Shown here: positions 11,790 to 24,900 of the stretch, piece by piece
Layout: each line of letters opens with the position of its first letter
Numbering within the stretch: position 1 is the first letter of the stretch
Assembly: GCF_041956535.1 (NCBI RefSeq)
Contig: NW_027192195.1
Location: 660,150 to 724,149, forward strand
Direction of reading: 5' to 3'
Source of the DNA: Calcarisporiella thermophila CBS 279.70
Taxonomy: Eukaryota; Fungi; Calcarisporiellomycota
DNA length: 64,000 nucleotides
Program-made: the position numbers and the translations under genes
The notes under the pieces: model-generated
Databases searched by the model: none
Told to the model about the DNA's origin: nothing
Seen by the model: only the letters and a program-made list of their open reading frames with translations

Positions 11790-12308
11790 CGTGGGAAGAG
11801 GTGTGAGAAAAAAAGGAGCAGCAAGAAGGGGAGGATAATAAGGACCTTTGGGTTGGTTGATGATTTTTCACGTTAGAAAGCTGAGCTGAAAAAATAAAAA
11901 ATTTTTTTTTGTTGACATACATTTTCCTTAAAATCTTAAATGAAAAAGCCTTATCTCGCCTTCATCTGCTCGAATTGCGCCGGTTTTTGATCAATAAGAG
12001 GAGGCCCGCACCATCGCGCAAATCTGGCCGCGGCCCCTCCTCGCCTTCTTCTCGCCATCCCTGCGGTCAGCTCCCGCCGCCCCCACCGCGACCGGCAAGA
12101 GACAAGGCGAGGGGATTTTCTTATCTCGACACATCTATAACAATTTATTTATAATTTATTAACTCGGCCAGCGGATGGTGTCACCATTATCATCTCCATC
12201 ACGCTAATCCATTGGGTATCTGAAATCCAAAATCCTCCGGATGACACATTAGGCAGATTGCTAGATCCATCGCCCCTAGCTTCCGATCCCCACGGTTTTT
12301 CTCACACC
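11790..12308. promoter_or_regulatory. Cluster of CSL consensus sites (YGTGRGAA) upstream of the CSL gene
   Basis: CGTGGGAA 11790-11797, TGTGAGAA 11802-11809, TTCTCACA 12299-12306, near-match TCCCCACG 12287-12294. Confidence 0.55.
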
Positions 12309-14470
12309 GTGGAGGCTAGTCAGGTCGCTGCAAATCGCCATGCTTCGCGCCGGCTTTCTTGGGCTTTGACACCCCCGACGGCCGCAAGCTGGCTACCGCA
12401 AGCCGTCTAAACAATCAGCCCATCCAGCCTTATCTCGAGCCCATCTAAGCATGCATCCCATGCCAGACCGCCAGCGGCACCTCTTTGGCCCAAGGGTAGC
12501 TAAGCAAAAGGGGTTTTTCCGCAGGTTTATAGAGGATAGATCTCCCGATGTTTATCGCTGAAATAGGAGTCTAAAATCCAAGGAAAAATCGCGCTGAGAA
12601 ATTAGTATAAGCATCGATGAGATCATACCAATCGGTGACTGGATCCGAGCTTTTCCGTGGCTTCGTGCTCTATCCGATGAGTTAGATAACCGCAAGGCTG
12701 TATCAAAACTGCGTGTTCAGACCCTCTCCGCCTCTTGGCATTTTTCAGCGGGATCTACAAAACCCGCAGTGAAATGAGAGCGTCCTCATACAACCACTAA
12801 TGATAATATAATCACCAGGAGCGATTCAAAATCTTGTTCTTTTATCAAGCATCTACATTTAAAGTAGATGAATGTAGAGAGAAATTCGGAGCAGAGCTAT
12901 TAGATGAAGCGCTACTCCCTCACCCAATCTCAAATGAGAATGGGCTGCCTTGTAAGTCCATAACCAAATACTAGTGCAAAACAATGTTTGTTGATCAAGC
13001 CAACGATATCAGTTTCCAAACAACGAGCATTGACCTCTAAATGGCCATACTTTTTTTTAGTTCGCTTAAGACAATCGAGGCTAATACTGAGTTTTCTCAG
13101 AAAAACACATCTAACTGGGATATAAACTATCTCTAAATGAGTTACCTAGAATGGAATTTAAGGGTTAAAATAGTATTTCATCAAAATGCTTTTTACCCCA
13201 AAAGAGTTTTGACAGATGCCATATTCTGAAGGGAAGATTCCACCAAGCCGTTTATTTTCTCAATAAATTTGCGTTGGTTCAAAGTTGAGAAATAATCCTG
13301 ATATCAATACACTTTCCTTAGGGCAAAATTTGTGAATTACCATGAACGCGCCCGGGCCGGTCGCATTTCATTGAGATATCAGAAGACGCTACTACTATAA
13401 GATCTTCGCAAGATGTCTTGATTTTTGAAATCCAGGGGTGAAATACTTCTCTCATTTCTTAGTAGATCGAAGGCAATTGGACCATGTCAACTCCCGATTT
13501 AATAATTTGGGAATATCAGAGACATAATAAGCGGAAATCCCGTCGAAGATTTCACGCTACTCAATATACTGGCTTTATATCAGTGACCAAGATGACGAGA
13601 ACTTGAATATCAATCAAGCATAGACAAGCTGAAGGCACCTCAGAAAGAGCAAACGTGAAAGACTATCTCTGAAGATAAGCTTCTTATATCCCCCAAAATA
13701 TATATTTCCCAGCGTGATTGTATTAGTTCAAGGGTGTTTTTTTTGGAAACATGTCGAGCACCTTAGCAGTCGCTTCCTGAATGACCCTCATTTATCTTGG
13801 TCACACCCATCTACACTAGAGAAAAACCAGAAAAATTCTAGTATTCTTGATGAACTTCAATGGAGCGGCTTAGAATTAGCGTAACCTATTTCAGATAGCG
13901 TTGGAGGTATGAGGGGACTTAATTTGGATTGCCTGGTTACGAGTGTAGTGGCGCATTTACTAAATAGAAGGCCAATTTCCAAGGGACCCAAACCCCCCCA
14001 GAGCAGTCAACTTAAGCTTACTATCTGGGTCTATTAGAGTTTCCATAAGCCCTTTCTACCCCAATTAGCCAAATGTAGGGGGATGGGCTACCAAGTGGTG
14101 TGAGTAAACAAGGTGTGCAAAAAAGGACATGAGAGAGAGTTCAAGAAAGCTAGGTTATAGATGGCTGTGCAGAAAATAGGGAAAGTAAAAAGGAAAAGTG
14201 CTTAAGGTATAAAGTAGATTTCACACTGCATCTTATTTTCGCTCGCAAATTTTGTATTTCATTTTAACATAAATTTTAATTTAGATTCAGTTTTGTGACA
14301 TCTTCAAATCTCTATACCCTTTTAGTAAAATCCGCATCGACCAAGTGAAAAAAATAACCCTTGGATGCGTGAAAAAGGTTCTAGTCAGCGGACAAACGCG
14401 AACATCGAAGAGAAGTAGGAAAGAAAAAAAAAAACGAACATTGAAACTGCATAGACTCCATAGATCCTAA

Positions 14471-15909
14471 ATGGGCCACGTAAAATCGACTCTTCATAGT
14501 CCCAAAAAGTCCAAAAGCCAACAAGTTCTCTCATCAAAACCCTCATTCCCGCCACGAGTTCGCGCTAGCGAAGTCTCTGCGACTAATGCAACATGGTCTT
14601 CATTAACTACGCCCTCCATGCCGCAAGCAGCGGCATCTGCACCTGCATGGGCGGGGCACAGCCCTACGGAATCAGATCCAAATTTAGGAGGAATTAGCTA
14701 CAGACTCGTGGACGGAAGGCGTTTGTTGAACGTAAGAGGTAAGTTTTCCGCAGTTCCAAGGAGTGGATTTGGCGAGGATTTGTGGGTTGAAATTAACGAT
14801 TATCTCCGTGGGTGGGATCTGTTCTGTTTTGTTCACGTGCTGAATAGGATTGAAATACATGCTTCCGCATGATGAGCTTGAAATCGATCGGCTACAGATG
14901 CAACACTATATATTTCGATATCTATTCCAAGGGTTAGTACTTTAGTGAATTGCTTTATGAGAAACGGTCTATTCATAGGCATTTTTTATGTCACTAGCAA
15001 CTTCTCTGCTCCGGTTCATGACTTATTACGATCTGGAGCAACGGTGTTGGACGCAGGGTTAGCTTATTGGATCTGAAGCCGTAATTTGTGCTCATTGTGA
15101 CAAATACTCTTTTATGCACTCATTGATAGATGTGGGCCGGGATCTTGGACCATGGAAATGGCCACCGAATTCTCTAAAACGATGTTTATTGGGATTGACA
15201 TCGCAAACTCCTTTCCAACCGCTATTGTTCCGCCAAATTGTACCTTCCGGATAACAAATATGGTGGAGCCGCTTCCGTTCGAAAATGCAACCTTTGACTT
15301 TATCTATATGCGATCGATGGCACTCGCGTTCACAAAAGAGCAATGGCCGCTTGTATTGTCAGAGCTGATGCGCGTATTAAAGCCAGGCGGTTACTTAGAA
15401 TGGACAGAGCAAGACCTAGAATTTAAGCGGAGAGGTCCCATTTTTACAAAATGGAATGATCAAGGTAACCTTCCCCATAGGGACACTTCCACTTGTGCTA
15501 TGCTATTGTTATTCACGCTTTTGCCTATTTCTCTGCAGTCCTCTACAGTCTCCGTGCTCGCGACATCTCTCCCACCCTTGCCCGTAGCCTGCAACGCCAC
15601 CTCCAATCCACACAGTCTGCCACCAACGTTCGCAAAACCTATGTATCATTACCGATTGGGCGCTGGGGGGGCCGGTGCGGAGATCTGGCGCGATCTGATT
15701 TCGAGGCCGTCATGAAGGCGCTCAAACCTTCTCTCCTAATTGCACTTGGAATTTCTAGCGAGGATTATGATTCGATGTGTGAGAAGAGTTTGGTTGAGTT
15801 TGAGGAGTACAAGACCTATGGAAACGTGTATGTATGTACGGCGGAAAAGGTGGGCGAGCACACTCCACCTTCAGAAAAGGAAGAGGGTAATGATTTGGTT
15901 AAGGAGTAG
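14471..15909 (+). CDS. SAM-dependent methyltransferase, LaeA-like
   Basis: YRLVDGRR..YMLPHDELEIDRLQMQHY, NFSAPV, VLDAG|CGPGSW, GIDI, LPFENATFDFIYMR, RVLKPGGYLE. Four introns. Confidence 0.88.
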
Positions 15910-16359
15910 TGCTTTTTTCCCATCCCATCCTTCTTGTCGGCAATATTCGGTAGTATTGATAAGCATTTTGGCGTTATTATCTTTATTGATGTTATTTCAC
16001 ATTTCCGTTGATGGATCTTTCTCCACAATTTTGCGTTTGAACTTTTTTTTTTTGTTTTTTTGTTAATATCCTCTCTCTCTTCCTCTTTTTTTGTTCTACC
16101 CCCTCTCGTCCTCCTCCATTAATCCTTTATAATTCGCTCTACTGCTGTTTGGACTTTTGTAAAAACTACTTTTTTTCACTCTGTTTTCTTGGTTTGTTTT
16201 TCTCTCTATATTCTTTCTCTATTTTAATTCATATAGTTTCACTTTCCCTATTCGGTTTTATTGATACTAATGAAGAGATAAAAAGAAGAGTAAAGCCAGC
16301 CGTAAATTACCAACATTACATGAAAAAAAAAATGGATTGCAGAAACGAATTTACTCAAA

Positions 16360-18953
16360 CTAATCATCATCCTCGTCATTTTCTTTTCTTCTCTTAGCTT
16401 CTCTTTCCTTCCCGTCCTCACCATCTTCCGCCGCCTCCTCTTCATCATGGTCGCCCTCTTCCTCATCGTCGTCCTCGTCATCCTGCTGCATTTGCTGCTT
16501 CCAGCGATATGCCATATCCAGTAGGTTCTTCACAGGCTTCCTAGCCTCGTCATCCGGGAAGACATACTCATAGTACTCTTCGAATTGACCCTCTGCGCCT
16601 TCAACACGTCGCCGTTTCTTAATCACTCTCGGCATTCTTGCCTTGACGGCCTCACTTTCTGCCTCGGTGCCATGCTCTGCTTCAAACTCACGCCATGCCT
16701 CCAGTAGCAGCACACGATCCTCCTGCAGCCCAGCATCCTTCATACGCTTGTAGGCCTGGTTGTATACGTTCCTTGCGCGCTCCACTGGCGATAGCTCATC
16801 TTCTCCCTCCCCTTCAGCCCCGGCAGGAACGGACAGTTCAAACCGTGCATAGGAGTTCCAAACTTTCACATGACTTGTTCTCTCAAGAAGTCGTTCATAC
16901 AGCTGCCGCGTGCGCTGATACTCTTCCTCCTCGAATTCAAAGTCAATATAGCCCTTCCACAGCACTTCGGGCATATCGAGTACAGGCTGTTTAACGGCTA
17001 GCTCAAAGATCGCTCGGGCACGTTCCGTCTCCTCAAGTGCATGTTCAAGCTCTGCAAATTGAATCCACGTGGCGCAATTGGCAGGATTGTACTCGAGATA
17101 CTTGGTGTAGAGAGTACGTACGCGGTCAAATTCTTTTAACTATTATTGACAGAAAAAAAGAACCGAGTTAGAACCCCAATCGACCATGTCCTCAATGTTC
17201 TAAAAGACATTACACTCATCTCAAGTTCAATATAGCCCTTGAAGAGTTTATCCTTTGGACACATGCCGATAGCTCGTCCTAGTGCCTTGCGTGCATCACT
17301 TAGATTTAACTGACGCACTTCAAACTGGGCATAAAGTAACCAGATCTTTGCGAAAGTAAACTCTTTATGTGGTATAAGACGTAGACATTCTGTGTAAATA
17401 TCGCGTGTACGAGTATAATCTCGCGTCTCCAGCTCTTCATAGAGTGCATAGTTGATCCATAGATAGATATAGCGGCGCCAAAATCTCTTTTCCTGAATTA
17501 TCAAACAAAAACACGTAGTTAGGTATCAATCTTTACTGCAAGCAAGCAAATATAAATCAATCTAATTACATTTAAAGGTGGGGCTTGAGCAATGGCACGC
17601 TCGTACACTTCTCTTACCCGCTCAGCATCCCCTGTGCCTTCTTCCAAGCGAGCATAATCAAACCAGACGTCATAGTTTTTCGGGTTTTCTTTAAGCTCCT
17701 TTAATTGTACTTTAATTTAGTAATCAGCGTGCCTCCATCTAATTTAATTTTTGTCCCTACCTCCTCATATTTGATCCTTCGCTTTCCAATTATCACGTCT
17801 TCCATCTCATCTCTCTCGCCGTACTGACGCTCGAAATTAGTGTACTGCTTGTATAGGGCCTCGCTCTTGGACCGCGGAAGTCGTTCAAGAGCGTACTTGT
17901 AAATAACTCTGGCGCGATCATACTAGATAAAATACAATTAGCCAATCTAATATTTGCTTCAAGTATATGGCTTGGTACATACCTCACGCATCTTTGTCTC
18001 GAATTTCGCAAAAGCAATAAATACCCTTTGGTCCGCATGGGCATCCCCTAGGTACTCAGTTGCCCGCTGGTATATTGAGCGCACCCTTTCTGGGTCATTG
18101 AAGTCTTCCTCAAAATGGGCCCACTTGAGCCAATTCTTTGGCTCAGGATGCACACTAACAAATCTTTCATAAATAGCTCTGGCCCGCTCAGTCTCACCAT
18201 ATCGCTTCTCCATTTTCACATACGCAAGCCATGCATCCTCCGCTGGCTCCCATTGCATCCATCGCTCGAAAATTTCACGCGCACCGCTAATATTTCCAAG
18301 CATTTCCTCCATGTATACGTATTTAAACCATAATTGGTCGACACGAGGAAGAAGGCGAACGGCGCGATCGAATAGATTACGTGCATGGTTCACATTACGA
18401 TTCTTCATTTCCATTTCACAATAATGGAGGTACAAAGTGGTATTACGTGGTTCAACATCCAGAGCGCGCTCGTATACCGACCGAGCCCTAAATTAAAGAA
18501 TGCTGATTTAGCTTTGTTCAGAAATGCAAATTGGTCCACTAGCACAATAGCATACCTATCGAGTTCTTTCTGACTTTCCTCCCATTTTGCATATTTGAGC
18601 CAATTTCCAACGTTCAGGCGATTCCGCCGAATGATGTCTTCGTATTCTTTACGTTTACGCTGGCGGTATTCAGATAATTCCTCGAGATCAGAAATCTTTT
18701 GCCTAGGCGCGGGCTTTACGGCCTCTTGACGTTCCTTGGCCTCACGCAGAATCTGCTCTGCAGTGATCTGGATCGGGGCCGGGTTTTTGTTCTTGACCTG
18801 TATAAGCAATAATCACGGTCAATCTATGTCTTTAACACTCGACATCCAAATTGCGCAGCAAAAATGGTGCAATGAAAAGCACGTAATAGTGGTAAATAAA
18901 AAGAAACCGCCTATTACCTTAGGAGGTCGTCCGCTCTTGGCACCTCCATCCAT
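16360..18953 (-). CDS. CLF1: Pre-mRNA splicing factor Clf1/crooked neck (HAT repeats)
   Basis: [73 protein letters not shown]; acidic tail. Confidence 0.96.
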
Positions 18954-19138
18954 GTTAACGGTGGTGTACTTCAAATCTCTGGAAAAGTTAAGGTTATATC
19001 TTGCCTATTTCTTTAAAAACCCAAGCCACGTTCAATCTTCATTTGTTTTTGGAGCCTATATGATTGAACCGTGTCCCTTCACGAAATAGTGCGTTTTGTA
19101 AAATATCCTTCTAGCATTCCTTTGACATTTCTCCAGCG

Positions 19139-21598
19139 ATGGATCCGTACGAGGAAGTGAATTCATCGCTACCGAACGATCGTGATTTGGGTGGAGAGGA
19201 GGAGCCGGAATGGGAGTTTGCCGAGCGCATGGATAATCTTGAAAGCGAACTCGAGCCACCCCCGCTAGATTTCTATGGAGTGTTGGGGGTGAGCCGAACT
19301 TCGTCTGAGGAAGAAATTAAGGACGCGTATCGCCGATTGTGCCGAGTTTTTCATCCGGATCGGGTATCATTTTTTTGCTGACCTCGACTTTTGCTGAAAA
19401 ACTATACTGACACGATTCTTTATCATTAGCACGTCGATGAAGAAAAGCGTAAAATGGCTGAATCTAAATTCCATGTGATACACAAGGCTTATGAAGGTGG
19501 GTACTGGCGATATTGTGCGCATTTTTTAGATCTAATTTGAACTGACTTGTTGTATCCTGTAGTACTGACTAACCCTGGGAAACGAACGATCTATGATGCA
19601 TATGGCGAGGAAGGTTTACAAACCTCATGGGAGCTTGGACCACGGTTGAAGACGCCCGCTGAGGTGAGTTGCACATTACAACTAATTATATAGGTGAACT
19701 TTCCTAATTAGTTACGTACCTAGATGCGCGAAGAATTTGAGAAACAGGCTCGTCTAAAACGTGAAGCCGAAATCGAAAATTTGGTTCGATCTAAGGTACT
19801 GGAAAAGAAATAATGTTCGCAGCAATAAACCGAGATGGGCTGCTCTAACTTGCGATTATTAGGCCAAATTCCAACTCGGGGTAGATGCTAGTCAAGTCTT
19901 TAACACGTACCAGGCGCCAGTGCCTGGCTTCGCCACCGCCGGCCGGAAACAAGCACAAGTCGGGATCCTTGGCCGTTTATCGCGGGTTGAAATCCAGCAG
20001 CTGTCAATGAAGCACTCGTTTGAGAGCCCACTAGGCTCGCAGACACATGGGATCGTTGGTGGATCGATGGTTGCCCGGAATGGGATCGGAGGGGGCAACT
20101 TAAGTGGTGCGGTAAGACACACTTTCTCGCCACGACTATGGGTAGAGGCGGGCGCTTCGATTATGAAGCCCAGGGTAATGCACCTGAAAGGTTTTTATAG
20201 CATCGATTCAGATACGTGAGTGATAATCACCCCTATCGAAATATACGAGTGCATTTTTTGATCTCGCCTTTGGACATATCCCGCCCTCTAGGTTCCTGAA
20301 TGCACAAGCCCAAGGTTATTCTTTGTACGCACCGCCGATACTCGGCATCACGGCAGGTCGCCGTATAGGAGAAGGAGTGACAGGATTCCTTACATACAAG
20401 ACGGGGGTATGGTCACTTGGACCCTGGGGTGCAGGATACAGCAACATGTTCCGTGGAGAGAAGTCTGCAGTCTCTGTTGGTGTGAGTGGAGTAACGAAGA
20501 GTGGAAGGAACTATACCATCGAGCTTCAGGTTTGTATATCTTTATATATTCTCAGCTCTAATTGGATTAATTCCTAACGTACTTTTACTTTTTCGCTAGA
20601 CTGGAATTGCTCAATCTTACATTTCGGCAGATTATAACTGGAAACTCCCAGACAGCGTCCGACTACGTGTCAATGGTGCCCTTACCACTGTGGGGGGCAT
20701 TCAATTTAGCGTTGGTGGGGACCGGCGTGTGACCAAACATGCTAGAATAGCCATGGCAGTGGAAATGGGCTTGGCCACTGGTGTATGCCTTAAATTTATG
20801 GTGACACGTTTGGGCCAGTCTCTTGTATTGCCAATCATGCTCTCGGGAGACTTAGATTTGAAGCTAGCTTTCTGGGCCGCAGTGCTGCCGTCGTGTGCAT
20901 ATTTGGCAGTAGATCGAGCTGTGCTTAAACCAAGGAGAAGAAAGAAGGCTCAAGAGTATGTGTACATGGTTTACACAACCAATTTGTTCCATCTTTAAAG
21001 TTTTTTTTTACCATCTCTTCAGGCGTTTGGAGATGCTCCGGGCTCACCACGCTGAAGCAATTGCACACAGACGACGTGAAGCTGAGGAGGCAACGCGACT
21101 ACTCTTGGATATGGTCACCCGGAAGGTAGAACAAGAGGAGCGGCGAAATGGTATACAATATATAAACTTCGAGCAATTATAAATGTGTAGTAACGAGCGC
21201 TCCTCTCCCCTCTCTTTGTTTTTCTTTAGGACTTGTGATTGTCGAGGCCGTTTACGGAAATCTTGACTCTCCCAAAGACCAGATGAACACCGACGGAGCC
21301 AACCCTACCGTCATTAACGTTACGGTTCCTGTCCAAGCCCTCGTGAACAATTCTCAATTGATCATCCCAGGTGGATACTCGAAATCAAATATCTTAGGGT
21401 TCTATGACCCATGCATGGGCGAAAAGAAGCATCTTCGTATCCGGTATCGTTTCCAACACAAGCTCCACGAAATCACGATTGAGGATCGGCAATCTGTAGC
21501 ATGCCCTTTAAGATGTAGGTGTTGCTACCTCATTTTTCATCTACCACTGTACTTATATATTTATATTCACCTAAATAGCGCACATCGTTGACAACTAA
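19139..21598 (+). CDS. DNAJC11: DnaJ subfamily C member 11 (J domain + DUF3395-type C-terminus)
   Basis: [26 protein letters not shown] domain. C-terminal [32 protein letters not shown]. Spliced end SHIVDN* at 21598. Confidence 0.92.
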
Positions 21599-21986
21599 TA
21601 AGCACCGAAGAATTCCTGGTTTTTTTTTTTTTGTTTGCTTCTTAATTCACTTTGGGTGATCCTCTGTGGTTTGTTGGAGAGAAAGAGAGGAAAATGATAA
21701 ATCTACAAAATAGACAAAAAAATTATATAATTATAAAAAAAAATGGCTCGAAGGTTACAGAGTAAACATTGAAATGTCAATATAGGATTGCACGCAATAG
21801 GAAGGAGAAAGTAAAATAAACCAAGAAAAAATTGCGCATGAAGGGAAAAAAAAAAGAGAAAGTCAGCAAAAATAACAATTTTATAAAAAATAAAAAAATC
21901 AAAGAAAAAAAAGACAATAATCTCAAAATAATACATAAAAAAAACAAATAAATATGTTACTAAATCCCATGGATACTTATATATTT

Positions 21987-24900
21987 CTATTTTCCACCAC
22001 TAGCTGCTTTCTGGTGTCTCATGACGCTTCCACCCCCACCGCTTCCATCGCTACTAATCCCTCCACTTGACCCACTTCTACCTTTTCGATGCGACTGTAT
22101 GGGTGTGTTGCCTATCCGTGGAGACTCACCACCCACCCCTGCCACGCCCAACTCCCGAAATGATGAAATCGAGAGCAGGATTGCGACTTCTTTTGTAGAG
22201 CGTGTGACCGCCGAGAGGGCCGCAAGCGTGGATTTTGGGAATTGGAATTCGTCCACGCTGAGCGATATTGTTTTGACAAGATTGGCTGTTTTAACGATGG
22301 CCTACAAATGAAACTTTTAGTCCCCCAATACCGAAAGACATATTCTTTAGGAGAGGCCAAATTACCTTGACGAATGCATTTGTCTCGACATAAAATTTCT
22401 TTTGTAGGCCGGGTTCCTCTTGGTTATTCCGCATTCTTACTACGAGCTTTTGTAGCTGCTGGGCCATCTCATTCGCATTTGCGGAATGTCGTGCCAAATC
22501 GCGTAGCTGGAGCGAGAGGGGCTCGCTGGCGTTTATGGCGGCAGAAGGAGGCACTTCAACTTCGTCACCATCGCCTCCACCTCCGCCACCGCTATTCTCT
22601 TCGCTCATAGTGGCACTAGAGGGAGGACTTTTGGAGTCTCCAATTGGAAATCCGCTGACGAGAGGAGATATTGGCGGCAGAGAGGGTAAGAGAGGGGAAG
22701 AGACTGTTGAAGCATTAGGAAAATGAGACCCATTGGGTGAGGAGGAGAGAGGGGAGCCTAAATTAGTGGGTGAAGTCAAGCCCTCCCCATCTACATTTCC
22801 AGTAGAAGCCCGCTGGAGAGTCCCTTCTACAACCTCCACTAATAGCGGCAGGGCGTTCCGTGCCGCACTCGTCGCTGCCTCAACCATGTCAAAAAGAATC
22901 CGATCTGTGTCGGTGTCGACTGCATTAGCCATCGCCGCACCGCTTGCACTTGCAGCTGGGCTGATTGGGATCGAATTTGGAGATGGGGAGGGAGGAGGTT
23001 GAGGCTGCATGGAAGAAGGCTGACCGCGTGATGTAGTGCGTACCCGTCCGCCACGTACCGGGGATGGATGGGGAAAACTGAAGGTATTAATCCCTCCGCC
23101 GCCAACTGCAGTAGGTAAGGATGAGGATAGATTGAGAACTGGTGAAGCGGGTGCAGGACTTGAAGCGCCCGCTAGCGCGCCAGCTTGATTGGCCGGTCCC
23201 GGAAACCCGAAATTTCCATAATCTAAAAGATTCATTGAAGTAGGGGTGTAGTCGGTTAAGAGCTGCGAAAGAGACTCCCAGGCTTGTTGCACCTCCGCGA
23301 TGGATCCATGTGTAATCAATAGAAGGTGTCTCAGCAATCTCGAGTCAACGGCCCGCACGAGAACTCGCATGTGTTGCTGGAGAACAACCACTAATTGACG
23401 AAACGCCGATGTACAGGCGACGCATGCTTGTGATACATCTTGACATGTATTCGCATCAGGCACCCGACTTTGTGCCATTTGATCGAGTCGATCCAGTGCG
23501 AGAGTAAGGTGTTGAAGCGCGTTATTAGCCGGATCCAGCACTTTCAAAAGTGGCTGCGACAATTTGGTGTCTGAACAACATTTAACACACTGCCGCGCGG
23601 CACTGTAGGTCTGCATCAGCGCAAAGAGGATAGAGCGGCTGGCTTCGATCAGCCGAATATTCTCAGGGGAAAGAAACGAGCTTGGTGGGAGACGGGATTT
23701 TCGCTGAAAATACGCCTCTGAAACGCGCTTACCGTAGCCGGTCGTGGACCCCTGACTACCCACCGAGCTAACTGAATCCTGGGAAAGGGCACGCGAATGA
23801 TGTTTCACCCCCAAAAGTTGATGCTCATCTGAGGTGGAACGCTTGTGGTGAGTATCAGACTCGGCATCGCGCGCAGCAGATTTAATCGCGCTCAGTCGGA
23901 GCTCATCGTTTGAGATGGAGAGAGCACGACGCTGCATATTGAGGTCGAACTTGTTAGCGCCAGGAGATCGAGCGAGCGAATGTTTAGGATTATCAGGGGA
24001 AGTCGACACTAGGGATTCGAATGATGGCGAGCGGTTCGCGCGAATTACCGTTAAAAACTCTTTACTCTCCCCGACATCCTCAGAACTAAATAAACCTTTC
24101 GTCATTAGAACGGGGAATGTTTTTCGAAGCAAATTAGTCAAATATGCCAACCCACCTACTAATACAATCTTCGTCTCCAATCTCAGATGCGCCTGTTAGT
24201 ATAGATAAAATTCTTAGTAACAAAAAAAACAAGCCAGGCAAAATATCATCAAAACTCTAACCTTTGTGCTGCCTCAAATATCCTTTTAATCTATTCAGCC
24301 ATGACATATCGTCTCCGTCTGGGGGCTCAGAAAGTATCTCCTTTGGAGGAAATTCAAGTGGATTATGATCCAGCTTAAGAGCACGTAGCTTCTCCATCTC
24401 GCCAATATAAGCCGGTAGCTCCTTTAGCCGATTGCGAGAAACACTAAGAACTTTCAGTGACATTAAAGAACCAAAATTGGAGGGTAGCCGAGGGATTTTA
24501 TTGCGGCTAATGTCGAGGATCTCCAGATTGGGTATATTGCATAACTATATATTAACAAGAGCGAGATTAAATCATCATTTCTAAGTATGAGCGAAAAAAT
24601 GTCATTTACCACAAGAGGAAATGTTTTAAACTTGTTCGATCTCACACTCAAGTACCGTAATCGTGAGAGCTTAGCGATCTCAGGCGGAAGCGAAACGAGG
24701 TCGTTATGCGCTAGCTCTAGCTTTTCAACCTCATCTGCTAAAAGCACGATTTCTGGAGGGAGTTCTTCAAGATTACGATGACGAAGATTAAGTTGAGTTA
24801 GAGGTTGGCCATTGGCATTTTCGCGCTCTTCTGCAATGACACGAAGAAAGCGATCGCGAGCAGATTCTGCAATTCTAGGTAAGGTTTCGGTTGTGGTCAT
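21987..24900 (-). CDS. SOG2: RAM network leucine-rich-repeat protein Sog2
   Basis: N-terminal LRRs, NPLEFPP, SEAYFQRKSRLP, EASRSILFAL.Q, D.RLLRHLLL..HGSIAEVQQAW, L..VTRSTKEVAILL. Confidence 0.9.

Noticed and set aside
12590-12650. GCGCTGAGA resembling a TPP riboswitch core
   Set aside because: The downstream GATC..GATAAT..CAGCG-type elements are missing, and there is no thiamine gene nearby.
19364-19429. DNAJC11 intron donor GTATCATTT resembling a U12 donor
   Set aside because: Mismatch to GTATCCTT, and a U2-type TACTGAC branch point is present.
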